Shown one piece after another: positions 11,201 to 20,200 of a stretch of DNA of 50,661 nt (position 1 is the stretch's first letter; every line of letters begins with the position of its first letter). A program made the translations under genes and the position numbers. The notes beneath the pieces were generated by a model. That model saw only the letters and a program-made list of their open reading frames with translations, was not told the DNA's origin and did not search any database. Source of the DNA: an uncultured Muribaculaceae bacterium (GTDB lineage: Bacteria > Bacillota_I > Bacilli_A > RF39 > UBA660); the NCBI GenBank assembly GCA_964539185.1, contig CAZIFR010000001.1, positions 1 through 50,661 on the forward strand. Direction: 5' to 3'.

Positions 11201-12883
11201 ATATCCTTTAACAACGACATTTTTTTCTTTATTTAAAATTGGTTTGTTTAAAGGATGGGCCATCGCACCGACTAATTTCCAAACAGCATTTAGCCCTAAC
11301 TTGGTATCGACATCTAACGTTATGACATATTTTATTTTATGTTTAAAATTTTCAAATGTATGAACTTTAAAGTAATCATTTTTTTCGGCTTTAGTTAAAT
11401 TACCTAACAGTAAATCATTAAAATGTAATAAAGCTCCTCTTTTGCGTTCAAAACCTAACCAAGCTTCCTCACCACTATTATATTTTCTCCTCCGATAGAC
11501 AAAATTAAAAATATCATCACCGTATTTTTTGTTTAATTTTTCAACTAGCTCACAACCATAACTTACAATTCTAGGGTCGTTAACATGATTTTCTTGATCG
11601 TGAGTAGAACAATCGGCAAGTAAAGTAAAATATAAATTCTTGCTTTTATTAAACATATAATATTTTTCTAAGTTTTCAAAAACTTGTTTAATTTTATTTT
11701 CATCTTTAATAATAGTTGGGATAACAACCATTGTTTTGTGTTCACTAGGAATTCCTTTAGAAAAATTCAACTTAGGAATGGGCTTAGATTCATGAAATTT
11801 CATAAAAAATCTTTGGGTAATTAAAATTACTAATTCACTTACTGGTATTAGAAAAATTAAAAATCCTAACCATTTATAACTTTTTAAAAAGAAAGTAAAA
11901 ACATAACTTAAGCTAATAGATGAAATAGTAATAATCGTTAAATACATAATAAGTTTAAAAATATAATAATCTTTTTCAACAATGTAATCACTAATATTTT
12001 CAGTTTCGGTTAACGATTCATTTAAAAATTTTATTAAGTTTATTTTGCTCTTTTGGGACTTGTTTTTCAAATATGAACGATATACATCTTTAGTTTCAGG
12101 AGTCATTTTCGCATAGAATTTATCTTTTTTTAATGTCTTTTCAATATCGTTTAATTTTCCAAATACCTTTTCATTATTAATAAGGCTTACAGCATTCAAA
12201 GTGTTAAAAATATTTCTAATAACAATATTGGTCTCAACATTATCAAGATGCTCAGAATTAATAATATCTCTCATCGATATTTTATTAGCCTTTAATAAAT
12301 TATTCAGTTGTTTGAAAATTATATTAGAATGATCACCCAATTTTTTTAAATTGTTATTTAAATAAAGAACTGAATAGTTAGTTTTTTTACTCACATCAAA
12401 AAAATCACTTAATGAAACCTTCGAATGATTAAGCAATTGGATTTTCAGCTTAACTATCAGTTTGTTTATTTGTTTCTGTTCTTTTATTTTTTTGCTTTCT
12501 TTTTTACAAATGTCTGAAATCTTTTTAATTAAAACAAGTTCTATAACATTAGGAAGAATAAATAGTTCTTTATATTTAAAATTATATGATTGCTTTATCT
12601 GATAATCATCTAATTCTTTAACAATTATTTTTTCATCAATTAGATAATGATATTTTTCTAAGATATCAGTCACAACACTATACATATCAACATTTTTAGT
12701 TGTATATTTATATAAATTTTTATTTTTTCGGAAAGCCTCTAATTTAGCATGTTGTTCTGCTAATAAATAATAATTATCGACAATCCATTCATTAATTATA
12801 CCGACAAAATAATGGTTATTTATTGTTTTTATTAAAGATTTATAATGCTTCGTTATTTTTCTTAATTCTTTGTTTACATTCAT
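5228..12883 (-). CDS. cgs: Cyclic beta-1,2-glucan synthase-like giant multidomain protein (N-terminal conserved region, TM segments, GT84-like transferase, central domain, C-terminal GH94-like glucan phosphorylase)
   Basis: The N-terminus has EWIVDNYYLLAEQ (ChvB/NdvB-like). The GT region has TLDVDT, FERKRGALL and RRSRWARGD. Multiple hydrophobic segments flank the GT domain. C-terminal GH94 signatures are FGYRDQLQDA, GGGDWNDGMN and RENGGQYTHATAW. The track start is TTG 12889; ATG 12883 has an AAGGA RBS 9 nt upstream, so I use 12883. Confidence 0.8.
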   Translation of the reverse strand: MNVNKELRKITKHYKSLIKTINNHYFVGIINEWIVDNYYLLAEQHAKLEAFRKNKNLYKYTTKNVDMYSVVTDILEKYHYLIDEKIIVKELDDYQIKQSYNFKYKELFILPNVIELVLIKKISDICKKESKKIKEQKQINKLIVKLKIQLLNHSKVSLSDFFDVSKKTNYSVLYLNNNLKKLGDHSNIIFKQLNNLLKANKISMRDIINSEHLDNVETNIVIRNIFNTLNAVSLINNEKVFGKLNDIEKTLKKDKFYAKMTPETKDVYRSYLKNKSQKSKINLIKFLNESLTETENISDYIVEKDYYIFKLIMYLTIITISSISLSYVFTFFLKSYKWLGFLIFLIPVSELVILITQRFFMKFHESKPIPKLNFSKGIPSEHKTMVVIPTIIKDENKIKQVFENLEKYYMFNKSKNLYFTLLADCSTHDQENHVNDPRIVSYGCELVEKLNKKYGDDIFNFVYRRRKYNSGEEAWLGFERKRGALLHFNDLLLGNLTKAEKNDYFKVHTFENFKHKIKYVITLDVDTKLGLNAVWKLVGAMAHPLNKPILNKEKNVVVKGYGILQPRLNIDVESTNKSLFSQLYAGIGGFDPYNYIFPSFYQDVFNSGSFCGKGIYDLEVFQQVLKNRLPNNLILSHDLLEGNYLRCGSIVDVEFIDDFPTKYLVDAARRSRWARGDMQIVSWLKRKVKTTDGSKEKNPINLLGRFKIFDNIRRGLIDLCLLLIIIISLTNLSINPIWGISFVVLICLLPVISQITEYLFMEHNFFIKTKHYNILMFGYKATLLRTLSVFSSIPYNAYLYLNSFTKALYRMLISKKHLLNWMTADDAAKVVRTNLSNTLKQFWMNYVIAVLILAYSIIFKQFTWLNMIIIWIFSIGPIIIYLISKPLDEKEEEVTEENKNYLHNIALNTWYFFEDNLTEENNYLICDNYQLNRDVKEDNKTSPTNIGLSLVSIISAYEINLIDFNKAITLINNIIDTVQKLNKWHGHLFNWYNIKTLEVMYPRFISSVDSGNFVASLMVVKGFLKKHNQNQLIKVIERLIRKTDFKWLYTKQDVFSIGYDVDKGALEPFNYNKFMSESRIVSYVAIAKGDVPLKHWFCLDKTLITHRRKKGLSSWAGTFFEYFLPLIFMKNYSNTILDESYHFAYYTQMDFMKNYNRDYPWGISEAAYNELDDGQNYKYKAFGIPQLRLKEEALDRIVVTPYSSILAISLFPKKVIENIKRFDDLSMFGQYGFYESYDFFDDTPVMAYFSHHQGMILSSLANFLKDGIIQDYFSDDVKNQAIEILNKERIQLRPAINFKIMKYKKYTYEKEPFVNDIRVFRYMSSLPELSVLSNSKYSVIINDRGNGYSKYRTIQLNRYRKVTEQDYGLFMYVKDLKNKRVWSNTYAPTNIKPNNYEVVFALDKVKFVRTDKDIMTTTEIAVTRSHNAEIRKITFKNNSNKDKYLELTTYTEPILCQSIEDISHPAFNNLFVHSEYDEKTNSIIVNRKLRDSQNRYYMINRLLIENPINDFEYETNRSHFIGRGYNIANPKAVRSNLRNYVGTVLDPIISLRNTIMVPKNEEKSVYLISGFGKSKEQVLNIVKTFSDKQTIVEQGFEVSTLMNNITSKMVNITPDDMRLYNTILNYLLQTRYILVKEENFNTLRKNTLNQRDLWPLGISGDRPIILLDVQDLEDLSLIKELLHAFEYYKSKSIFIDLVIINSSIEEHAKIIAQEIEDEKYHMYALNSFFKLPGDIHVLERQRINEEEFVLLKTVSRLIIDSSLHKSLQEYINALQKLNTVNVKKIEKENNNIPVIYNKKDIRFFNEFGGFINNGKEYLITDQNTPHAWSNIISNNTFGTIITNNNCGFTYAYNAQEYKLTSWTNDVLLKDASEGFKINDVGINFNLVKHGFGYSEFIGNFKKIDISLTQFVATEDNVKIYKIKLKNNAARKQRIVLKFWINPNLGFTEEKTSRYLLSEFNDEENFLSIRNVYSQNYSHLYTFMSSNLKIENVLNNNLLFKEVEVDFYIDEKTESELSFTLGCATIDDLSSLVKKYNNINIVNKELAKIKLNWSERLSKVQVQTPDESFNYMVNGWALYQTLASRIQAKAGFYQVGGAFGYRDQLQDAMNLCSIEPEITKKQILINAMHQFTMGDVLHWWHPSSKMGLRSLYKDDYLWLIYAVSEYINITEDISFLDELVPFIEGSLLEPHEHEKLIEYRFSSKKASLYKHCKLAIHKAMKELGKNGLPLMGGGDWNDGMNKIGIKGKGTSVWLGFFLYMMIEKFMDFTHKYDSSIPLKKYVVFNEKLKASLKNVAWDGNYYLRAFFDNGNAIGSSSNEECSIDLISQSFAILTDVADLEQSKLIINSVEEKLVDKEANIIKLLSPPFEKSKDYPGYIMDYPKGIRENGGQYTHATAWYIMALLKANNPDLAYRYYQMINPINRTLNPNDVLKYKVEPYVFAADVYSNEQFKAQGGWTWYTGTSGWFYKVALVDILGFTLRKDKLYIKPNVPTTWKQFTINYNYNKTVYEIKVLLEQSQNEILLDNEIVKTDFIELQNDKKHHIVIVKVGKQ

Positions 12884-13029
12884 ACTCAATCATCCTTCTA
12901 CCTACATAATATAGTATACCATATTATTGTCCAAAAGTGAAAATGGAACTAAAGAAAAAATAAATTATTTTCATTTTTTCTCTAGTTAAACAATATTTAT
13001 ACAAATATTTAATCAGATAACTCTATCTT

Positions 13030-13935
13030 TTAAAAACCTTCCTTTGTTATTTTATCAAATACAAAACGAAAAGAAAAATTGGCATAATACTTGTCATAGG
13101 TCTTTGGTAAATAAAGATTATTAATTTTAAGTTTTATAGAGTTCAAATAATTAGTGTTATCAGAAGACACATTTTTAAAATATTCTTTAAAATATGGATT
13201 AATAAGTTCTTGATAAGTAATAGAATTATTAATCTTATAGGAATCGTTATTCCCTTCAAATTTTATACTTAAAATATTATCATACCAATATTCTTTACTT
13301 AATTTTATTATATTTAAATTAGTTTCCCATGTCTCAAAAACATCCCCAGATAATACTTGATAAATCATTTCAATTGTAAAATCATTTAAAGATTCATAAT
13401 CAGTTTGATATAAGTTATTATAGTAATTTATGTAATATAAATCTAATTCTTCAATTCCTTTATAACCTATGTTTTTTAATTTTATATCAAGGTTGTTATC
13501 AACTAACATTTCCTTAGTTGCAATCCTCGTATTAAACAAATTTAATATAGCTAGATTAGCAACCCTTTTTATTTTAAAATCATTATTATTTTTATAAATA
13601 GAAAAAGAATAGTCGCGATATTCATATTCATAAGAGGACTTGTTTTCTAATATTAAGTTAATCTTTATTTCATCATTTGATATGTAATTATCTTTAAAAA
13701 TAAAGTTAGGAATTAAATAATCTATCGCAATAATTTTATCTTCATATTCAAAAGGTATCGTATACTTTAAGTTTAAAGATACAACTTTATTTCCATCTTT
13801 AATAATATCAATATCGCTTAAATTACTTTCTGGTATTTCTAATATTCCTTCTTTGGCCAAAGAACCAAAACTTTGATATGTAAATACAGTTATAGATAAA
13901 GACAACAAACTTATAATTAGAATAATCTTTTTCAT
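13030..13935 (-). CDS. Hypothetical secreted or membrane-anchored protein (N-terminal signal/anchor)
   Basis: AGGAGGG RBS. The N-terminus is MKKIILIISLLSLSITVFT. The rest is an Asn/Tyr/Ile-rich, beta-looking sequence with no motif I recognise. Confidence 0.55.
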   Translation of the reverse strand: MKKIILIISLLSLSITVFTYQSFGSLAKEGILEIPESNLSDIDIIKDGNKVVSLNLKYTIPFEYEDKIIAIDYLIPNFIFKDNYISNDEIKINLILENKSSYEYEYRDYSFSIYKNNNDFKIKRVANLAILNLFNTRIATKEMLVDNNLDIKLKNIGYKGIEELDLYYINYYNNLYQTDYESLNDFTIEMIYQVLSGDVFETWETNLNIIKLSKEYWYDNILSIKFEGNNDSYKINNSITYQELINPYFKEYFKNVSSDNTNYLNSIKLKINNLYLPKTYDKYYANFSFRFVFDKITKEGF

Positions 13936-14034
13936 TGTTCCCTCCTATTTTAAGTTTATAATAATTTCTATTTAAATTTTGTCGAAAAACAAATAATTTT
14001 TTTCTTTTAAAACAAATTAATAAGGGGTGATAAA

Positions 14035-14955
14035 ATGAAAATAAGACTAGGTTATGTTGCAATTACCAATGCTTTAAATGTAACAACATCTAGATTAATG
14101 ACATATACTGAATTTTCTAAAAATAAAGATATATCAAGAATAGATGAAATCATTCGATCTAATTTGCAAAGTTTAAACCAAATCATCGATTACAATGTTA
14201 AAAACAATATTCATTTTTACCGGCTTTCATCAAAATTAATTCCATTAGCTACTAAAGATGATGTTCATTTTGATTATATTGATAAATTTAAGGAGTGTTA
14301 TAAGATAATAGGAAATAAAATAAAAAAGTTTAATCTGCGAATTGATTTTCATCCTGATCAATTTTGTGTTTTAAATAGTACTAAATCAGAAATAGTTCAA
14401 AATAGTATTAGTATTATAAAATATCACTATAAAATACTAAAAGCCTTTAATATTAAAGACAAAGTAATTATTTTACATATTGGTAGTAATGTTTTTGGAA
14501 AAAAAAGCAGTATAACCAGGTTTGTTAATAATTTTAAAAAACTTCCTAAATATCTTCAAAAATGTATTGTCATCGAAAATGATGATAAAATTTTTAACAT
14601 TCAAGATTGTTTGATGATAAATAAGGTTTTAAAAATACCAATTGTTTTAGATTATCATCATCATGTATGCAATTATAGCGATATCGATTTCAATTTAGTT
14701 TTTAAAACTTGGGCCGTCACTCCTAAAATCCATTTTTCTTCGCCTAAAAACAAAACCAAGAAAGACTTTAGAGCTCACCATGATTATATTGATATCGATT
14801 CATTTATTGATTTTCTAAAAATTATTAAAGGAAGCAACTACGATTTAGACATTATGTTAGAAGCTAAAGCTAAAGACGATGCTTTATTTAGATTAGTGCG
14901 ACAATTAAAATATTATGGATATCAATTTATTGATGAAACTACTTTCATTAATTAA
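14035..14955 (+). CDS. uvsE: UV damage endonuclease (UvdE/UvsE family)
   Basis: Colinear with remembered B. subtilis UvsE: RLGYVA..., YRLSSKLIPLAT, FHPDQFCVLNS, IENDDK, LDYHHH, KIHFSSPK, MLEAKAKD. Confidence 0.85.
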   Translation: MKIRLGYVAITNALNVTTSRLMTYTEFSKNKDISRIDEIIRSNLQSLNQIIDYNVKNNIHFYRLSSKLIPLATKDDVHFDYIDKFKECYKIIGNKIKKFNLRIDFHPDQFCVLNSTKSEIVQNSISIIKYHYKILKAFNIKDKVIILHIGSNVFGKKSSITRFVNNFKKLPKYLQKCIVIENDDKIFNIQDCLMINKVLKIPIVLDYHHHVCNYSDIDFNLVFKTWAVTPKIHFSSPKNKTKKDFRAHHDYIDIDSFIDFLKIIKGSNYDLDIMLEAKAKDDALFRLVRQLKYYGYQFIDETTFIN

Positions 14956-17516
14956 ACACCACCAATAATACCTTTTTTTCGTAATAAAGATTTTCTTAAA
15001 AAATCAAATGGAATAACAGTTAAAGCCAGTAAAAACATTATTTGAAATTCGAAAAAGGTTAACCCAGCGGTTCTAAATAAATCACCACCAAAATAAATAA
15101 GTAAAACTTGAATAATAGCAACAAAGGAAATGACAGTAATAAAAGCTTTATTTTTAAATAAATGAGCTAAAATGTTTAACCGATGTGTTCTAGCATTAAA
15201 ACTATTAAAGATTCCCATAAAAATAAATAAACCAAAAAAGGCTGTCATTAAGTATTTATTATTTTCGCCATCTCTAAAAATATGGGTAAAAAGAGGAATC
15301 TTTAAAAATAAAATACAAAGTAAACATGAATATATCCCAGTTATAAATATTTCATGTTTCATATATTTATTAATGATTTCTTCATCACGTTTTTTAGGAG
15401 GTTCATTCATATATTCATTAAGTGCTGGTTCAAAAGCAAAAGCTATTGCTGCTAAAGTATCCATAACCATATTTATCCATAGCATTTGAATTACGGTAAC
15501 GGGAGTATCGATACCAATAAAAGGACCAACAATCGATAAACTAACAGCGCAAATATTAACTGTTAATTGAAAAATGATAAATTTTCTAATACTTTTAAAA
15601 ATAGTTCGACCATATAATATTGCTTTAGAAATTGATAAGAAATTGTTGTCTAATATAACTATTTCACTAGCTTCTTTAGCTACTTCCGAGCCACTTCCCA
15701 TAGCAAAACCAACATCAGCTTTTTTTAAAGCTGGAGCATCATTTATACCATCACCTGTCATCCCAACAACAAAATCCATCTCTTGACTTAAACGAACTAA
15801 CCTACTCTTATCTTGAGGAACAGCTCTGGCCACAACTCTTAATTTTAAGATGCTTTTTTTTACTTCTTCATCAGTCATTTTAGCAAGTTCACTACTTGTT
15901 AAAACTAGTTCATTATCATTCAGTAACTTAATTTCTTTAGCAATACTAACCGCTGTATCTTTGTTATCACCAGTTACCATAATAACATGAACTCCTGCTT
16001 CTTTAACTTGTTTTATAACATTATTAACTTCTGGTCTTACCTCATCTTTAATTAAAGCAAAACCTACTAAAGTCATATCTTTCATTTCATTTTTTGATGT
16101 TGCAAAACATATGATTCGATACCCTATTTTTTCTTTTTTCCTTAAATAATCATTTATCAATACCTTTTTATTAAAATAAGCCCTATTACCATAACTATCA
16201 TAATAATAAGAACAGTTATCTAAAAGAACTTCTGGGGCGCCTTTAACTAATAATATTTCATCTTTGTTATGTAAAACAGTTGATGCAGAATACTTATTTA
16301 AACTATTAAAAGGAGTAATCTCAATTATTTTATATTTATCCTTTTCTTTGATGTTTATAAACTCTAAAATTGATTTATCCGTTATATTGCCACCAATGAT
16401 ATTATTTTCACTATATTCACTAGCATTATTATAGATAAAAGATAATTCTACTATTGTTCTTAACTTTTCATTTAAACTATTAAGACTTTTATATTCTTTT
16501 AAATCAGCACTAACAAAATCAGTAACTTTTAGTTTTCCTTTCGTAAGCGTTCCTGTTTTATCACTAAACAAAATGTTAATACTTCCTGCTGTTTCAATCC
16601 CATTTAACTTTCGAACTAAAACATTATCTTTTAACATCCTTTTCATATTGGAAGATAAAACTAACGTTATCATCATTGGTAGTCCTTCTGGTACTGCAAC
16701 GATTATTACGGTTACACAAAGTGTTAAACCATAAAGAATATAACTAATTAACTGGGGAATATTCGTTATTGTTTCCTTAATTAAAATAAGATTAAAATTA
16801 TTTTGAATAACAATTTTAGAAAATAAATACGATATAAATACTAAGATAGCTCCCATATAACCGATTTTACTTATAAACTGTGCTAATTTAGTTAATCGCA
16901 TTTTTAAAGGACTTATTGGCTTATCTTCCGTTAATTCTTTAAAAACAGTTCCATAAAAAGTATCATTACCAACTTTTATAACTTTAATTGTAGCTCTATC
17001 TGATAAAACCACAGTTCCTCTAAAAACAAGATCATCTAGATGTTTATATATTTCTTTTGATTCCCCTGATATAGATGATTCATCTACTCCAATTGTTCCT
17101 TCAATAATCATTCCATCAGCTGGTATTTTATCTCCAGATTCTAGTAAAATAATATCATTTACTACTACTTCATCGATGTTTTTTTCCACAACTTTCCCTG
17201 ATCTTTTAATTTTACATTTTAATTTTGAAGATTCTTCTTGTAATTTTAAAAAAGCTTTTTCACTACCATACTCTGATATTGTTGAAATAAACGATGCTAA
17301 AAATATGGCAATAATAATACCAATTGTTTCATACCAATCAAATTGTTTTATTAAAAAAATAGTTTTAATAGCTAAAGCAATCAGTAAAATTCTAATAATT
17401 GGATCTCCTAAGGCAATTAAATAATCTTTAATAAAACTGTTTTTTTTATTATTACTAATACTATTACTACCATGTTTTTTTCTCGATTCTAATACTTGTT
17501 CTTCATTAAGTCCCAT
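14952..17516 (-). CDS. P-type ATPase, Ca2+-transporting (P2A/P2B-like, YloB-type)
   Basis: AGGAGGA RBS. Motifs are DKTGTLT (phosphorylation site), VAVPEGLP, TGDNKDTA, GDGINDAPALKKADVG, and an N-terminal GLNEEQVLESRKKHGSN cation-ATPase N domain. Confidence 0.85.
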   Translation of the reverse strand: MGLNEEQVLESRKKHGSNSISNNKKNSFIKDYLIALGDPIIRILLIALAIKTIFLIKQFDWYETIGIIIAIFLASFISTISEYGSEKAFLKLQEESSKLKCKIKRSGKVVEKNIDEVVVNDIILLESGDKIPADGMIIEGTIGVDESSISGESKEIYKHLDDLVFRGTVVLSDRATIKVIKVGNDTFYGTVFKELTEDKPISPLKMRLTKLAQFISKIGYMGAILVFISYLFSKIVIQNNFNLILIKETITNIPQLISYILYGLTLCVTVIIVAVPEGLPMMITLVLSSNMKRMLKDNVLVRKLNGIETAGSINILFSDKTGTLTKGKLKVTDFVSADLKEYKSLNSLNEKLRTIVELSFIYNNASEYSENNIIGGNITDKSILEFINIKEKDKYKIIEITPFNSLNKYSASTVLHNKDEILLVKGAPEVLLDNCSYYYDSYGNRAYFNKKVLINDYLRKKEKIGYRIICFATSKNEMKDMTLVGFALIKDEVRPEVNNVIKQVKEAGVHVIMVTGDNKDTAVSIAKEIKLLNDNELVLTSSELAKMTDEEVKKSILKLRVVARAVPQDKSRLVRLSQEMDFVVGMTGDGINDAPALKKADVGFAMGSGSEVAKEASEIVILDNNFLSISKAILYGRTIFKSIRKFIIFQLTVNICAVSLSIVGPFIGIDTPVTVIQMLWINMVMDTLAAIAFAFEPALNEYMNEPPKKRDEEIINKYMKHEIFITGIYSCLLCILFLKIPLFTHIFRDGENNKYLMTAFFGLFIFMGIFNSFNARTHRLNILAHLFKNKAFITVISFVAIIQVLLIYFGGDLFRTAGLTFFEFQIMFLLALTVIPFDFLRKSLLRKKGIIGGV

Positions 17517-17636
17517 ATATCCTCCTATGTTTAAGTTTATTAATTATTAAAAATATATAGAAACCTATTTTATCGACAAAATTTGTTTTAATTATATTTT
17601 TAAATAAAATAGTTATACTAATAAAAGGTGGAACGT

Positions 17637-19094
17637 ATGGATAAAAAAGTAGATATTATCATCAATAAAATTAAAAATTTAAATGATAATAGTTGTGATA
17701 TAGCAACGAGAAAGTTTACTATTGATGGTATTGAAATTGCTTGCATATTTCTTCAGAGTACTACTAGTGATGATAAAGTTAGTAACTTTTTGGGTAAAAG
17801 TATTACCTTTGATATTAAACAAAAAAAATTAAATACTTTAGAAAATTTGTTTAATTATTTAAAAAATACCATTTCTACTCCTAACATTAAAATAATAAAT
17901 AGTTATCAAGAAATGTTTTATTTTTTAGCTTCTGGTTTTACTTGTGTAGTTGTTGATGGTTACAGCGAAGGAATTGTTATCGAAACTAAAAATCAATTAG
18001 ATCGAAGTGTTTCGGAAATCCATGGCGAGCCATCTTTAAAAGGACCTAAAGATAGCTTTGTTGAAAATTATCAAATTAATATTGGTTTAATTAGAAAAAG
18101 AATAAAAGACCCCAACTTAATTTTTTCGGAAATGATAATCGGTAGACGAACTAAAACGAAAATTGCTATTTCTTATATAAAGGATATTGCTAACACTAAA
18201 AAAATTAAAAAATTAAAACAAAAACTTAATAATATCGACATTGATGGCATTTTAGATTCTAGTTATATTAGAGAACTACTTGTTAATGAAGATAAATCTA
18301 TTATGCCCCAAGTGATTTTAACCGAAAGACCTGATTTAGTTTGTCTTTCATTATTAAATGGAAAATTAGCTATTGTTGTTGAAAATACCCCCTTTGTTTT
18401 AATTATTCCAGCATTATTTAACGATTTTTTTCAATCCCCAGAAGATTATTATGCCAAACCAATTCATGCTTCCTTTACTAGAATTTTAAGATACTTAGCT
18501 TTTATCATAGCCATAATAACCCCTGGCCTTTATATTGCTATTACCACTTATAACATCGAAATTCTTCCCGATTTACTATTACTCTCTTTTGCAACAGGAA
18601 AAAGTAAAGTTCCTTTTCCGACTTTTATTGAAGTATTAATTTTAGTAATTGCCTTTGAAATATTAAAAGAGGCCGATACTAGGAAACCAAATATTATTGG
18701 TGCTTCAATTAGTATTGTTGGAGCACTTATTCTAGGTGATGCCGCAGTAAGCGCTGGTATTATTTCTCCGATTGTTGTTATTATTGTCTCGTTATCCGCT
18801 GTTTGTGGAATGATTTTTAGTGATTCAGATGTCAATAATTCGATTAGAGTTTGGAAATTATTTTTTATGATAACAGCTTCTTTTTTTGGAACCATTGGTA
18901 TTTTTTTAAGTATTGTCTGGTTTATTATAAAATTATGTAACACTGAAAGTTGGGGAATTCCCATTTCAGTGCCAATTGCTCCTTTTTATCCTTTAGATTT
19001 TAAAAGAAATATCTTACGATTCACACAAAAAAAAATATCCAAACGACCAGCGTATTTAACTAAAAACATTACTAGACTTAAGGAGAGAAAATGA
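17637..19094 (+). CDS. Spore germinant receptor subunit A (GerA/GerAA family)
   Basis: Soluble N-terminal domain followed by about 5 C-terminal TM segments. GerAA-like stretch SLKGPKDSFVENYQINIGLIRKRIKDPNL. The track start GTG 17628 lies inside the likely RBS (AAGGTGG, 17624-17631), so I place the start at ATG 17637. Confidence 0.85.
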   Translation: MDKKVDIIINKIKNLNDNSCDIATRKFTIDGIEIACIFLQSTTSDDKVSNFLGKSITFDIKQKKLNTLENLFNYLKNTISTPNIKIINSYQEMFYFLASGFTCVVVDGYSEGIVIETKNQLDRSVSEIHGEPSLKGPKDSFVENYQINIGLIRKRIKDPNLIFSEMIIGRRTKTKIAISYIKDIANTKKIKKLKQKLNNIDIDGILDSSYIRELLVNEDKSIMPQVILTERPDLVCLSLLNGKLAIVVENTPFVLIIPALFNDFFQSPEDYYAKPIHASFTRILRYLAFIIAIITPGLYIAITTYNIEILPDLLLLSFATGKSKVPFPTFIEVLILVIAFEILKEADTRKPNIIGASISIVGALILGDAAVSAGIISPIVVIIVSLSAVCGMIFSDSDVNNSIRVWKLFFMITASFFGTIGIFLSIVWFIIKLCNTESWGIPISVPIAPFYPLDFKRNILRFTQKKISKRPAYLTKNITRLKERK

Positions 19095-20200
19095 AGAAAT
19101 TAATTATATTGTTTTTTGTCTTTTTAACAGGTTGCTGGAATTATAAAGAAATTAATATGCTAGCTATAACAACAGGAATTGGCATTGACAAAATAGATGA
19201 CGAATATAAAGTATCATTTTTAATAGCAAGTACTGATGAGAATATTGATCCCGTTGTTTATACTGGTCGGGGAAAGACGATATATGAAGCTGGTGATGAT
19301 GCCGCTTTAGCTATCAATAAACAACTTTATGTTAATCATATCGAATTATTAATTGTTTCAGAAGAAGTTGCTAGAGAAGGTTTAAACAATGTAATTGATT
19401 TTTTATTTCGATATCCACAAGTTAGAAATGAATTTAAAATAGCTATTGCAAAAGAGAATAGCGCTTATAATATTTTAAACATGATAACACCTTTAGAAAA
19501 TACAACTTCTCAAAATATAGCTGAAAAGTTTTATCCGACAACATCTTTAAAAACGGATATTTATTCACTTTCCTATAATAATTTATTTGACATTTTATTA
19601 AAAGATGGAATCAATCCTGTTATTCCCACCATTTATATTGAAAGTGATAATTCCGAAGTTTTTACATATATAAGAGTTGGTTCATTAGGAATTTTTAAAA
19701 AAGATAAATTATCAGCAATATCGAACAAAGAAGAAAGCCAAGGTATAACAATTATTAATAACAAATTACAAACCTCTTTAGTTACATTAGAATATTCCTC
19801 TGGGTTTGTTAGTTTAGAAATTAATCAATCTAATACTAATATTGAATATAATTTGGATAATGATATTCCTAAAATAAAAATTGAAGTGACTACTAATGCT
19901 ACCATTCAAGAAGTAACCAATAATTTAAACTTAGATGATAAAAACATTTTAAAAGAAATGGAACAAAAAGCTCAAGAAAAAATGATTAGTTACATGAGAC
20001 AAGCAATATCTTTAGCTCGACAAAATAAAACGGATATTTTTGGTTTTGGCAGTGAAATTTATAAGAAAAATTTTAAATACTGGAATAATATTAAAAAAAA
20101 TTGGAATGAAAAAATATTTTTAAAAACAGAAGTTGAACTTATTTCTAATTTTAAAATCAAAGACAAAGGAACTATAACAACAACAATAAGGGAGGAATAA
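19091..20200 (+). CDS. Spore germinant receptor subunit C lipoprotein (GerAC family)
   Basis: Lipobox FLTGC at the N-terminus. ATGA overlap with subunit A, and an AAGGAGAG RBS. Size and layout are typical of GerAC. Confidence 0.8.
   Translation: MKKLIILFFVFLTGCWNYKEINMLAITTGIGIDKIDDEYKVSFLIASTDENIDPVVYTGRGKTIYEAGDDAALAINKQLYVNHIELLIVSEEVAREGLNNVIDFLFRYPQVRNEFKIAIAKENSAYNILNMITPLENTTSQNIAEKFYPTTSLKTDIYSLSYNNLFDILLKDGINPVIPTIYIESDNSEVFTYIRVGSLGIFKKDKLSAISNKEESQGITIINNKLQTSLVTLEYSSGFVSLEINQSNTNIEYNLDNDIPKIKIEVTTNATIQEVTNNLNLDDKNILKEMEQKAQEKMISYMRQAISLARQNKTDIFGFGSEIYKKNFKYWNNIKKNWNEKIFLKTEVELISNFKIKDKGTITTTIREE

Noticed and set aside
13936-14034. LexA (Cheo) box upstream of uvsE
   Set aside because: There is only a short TTTGT/ACAAA inverted repeat around CGAAAAAC and no GAAC-N4-GTTC core.
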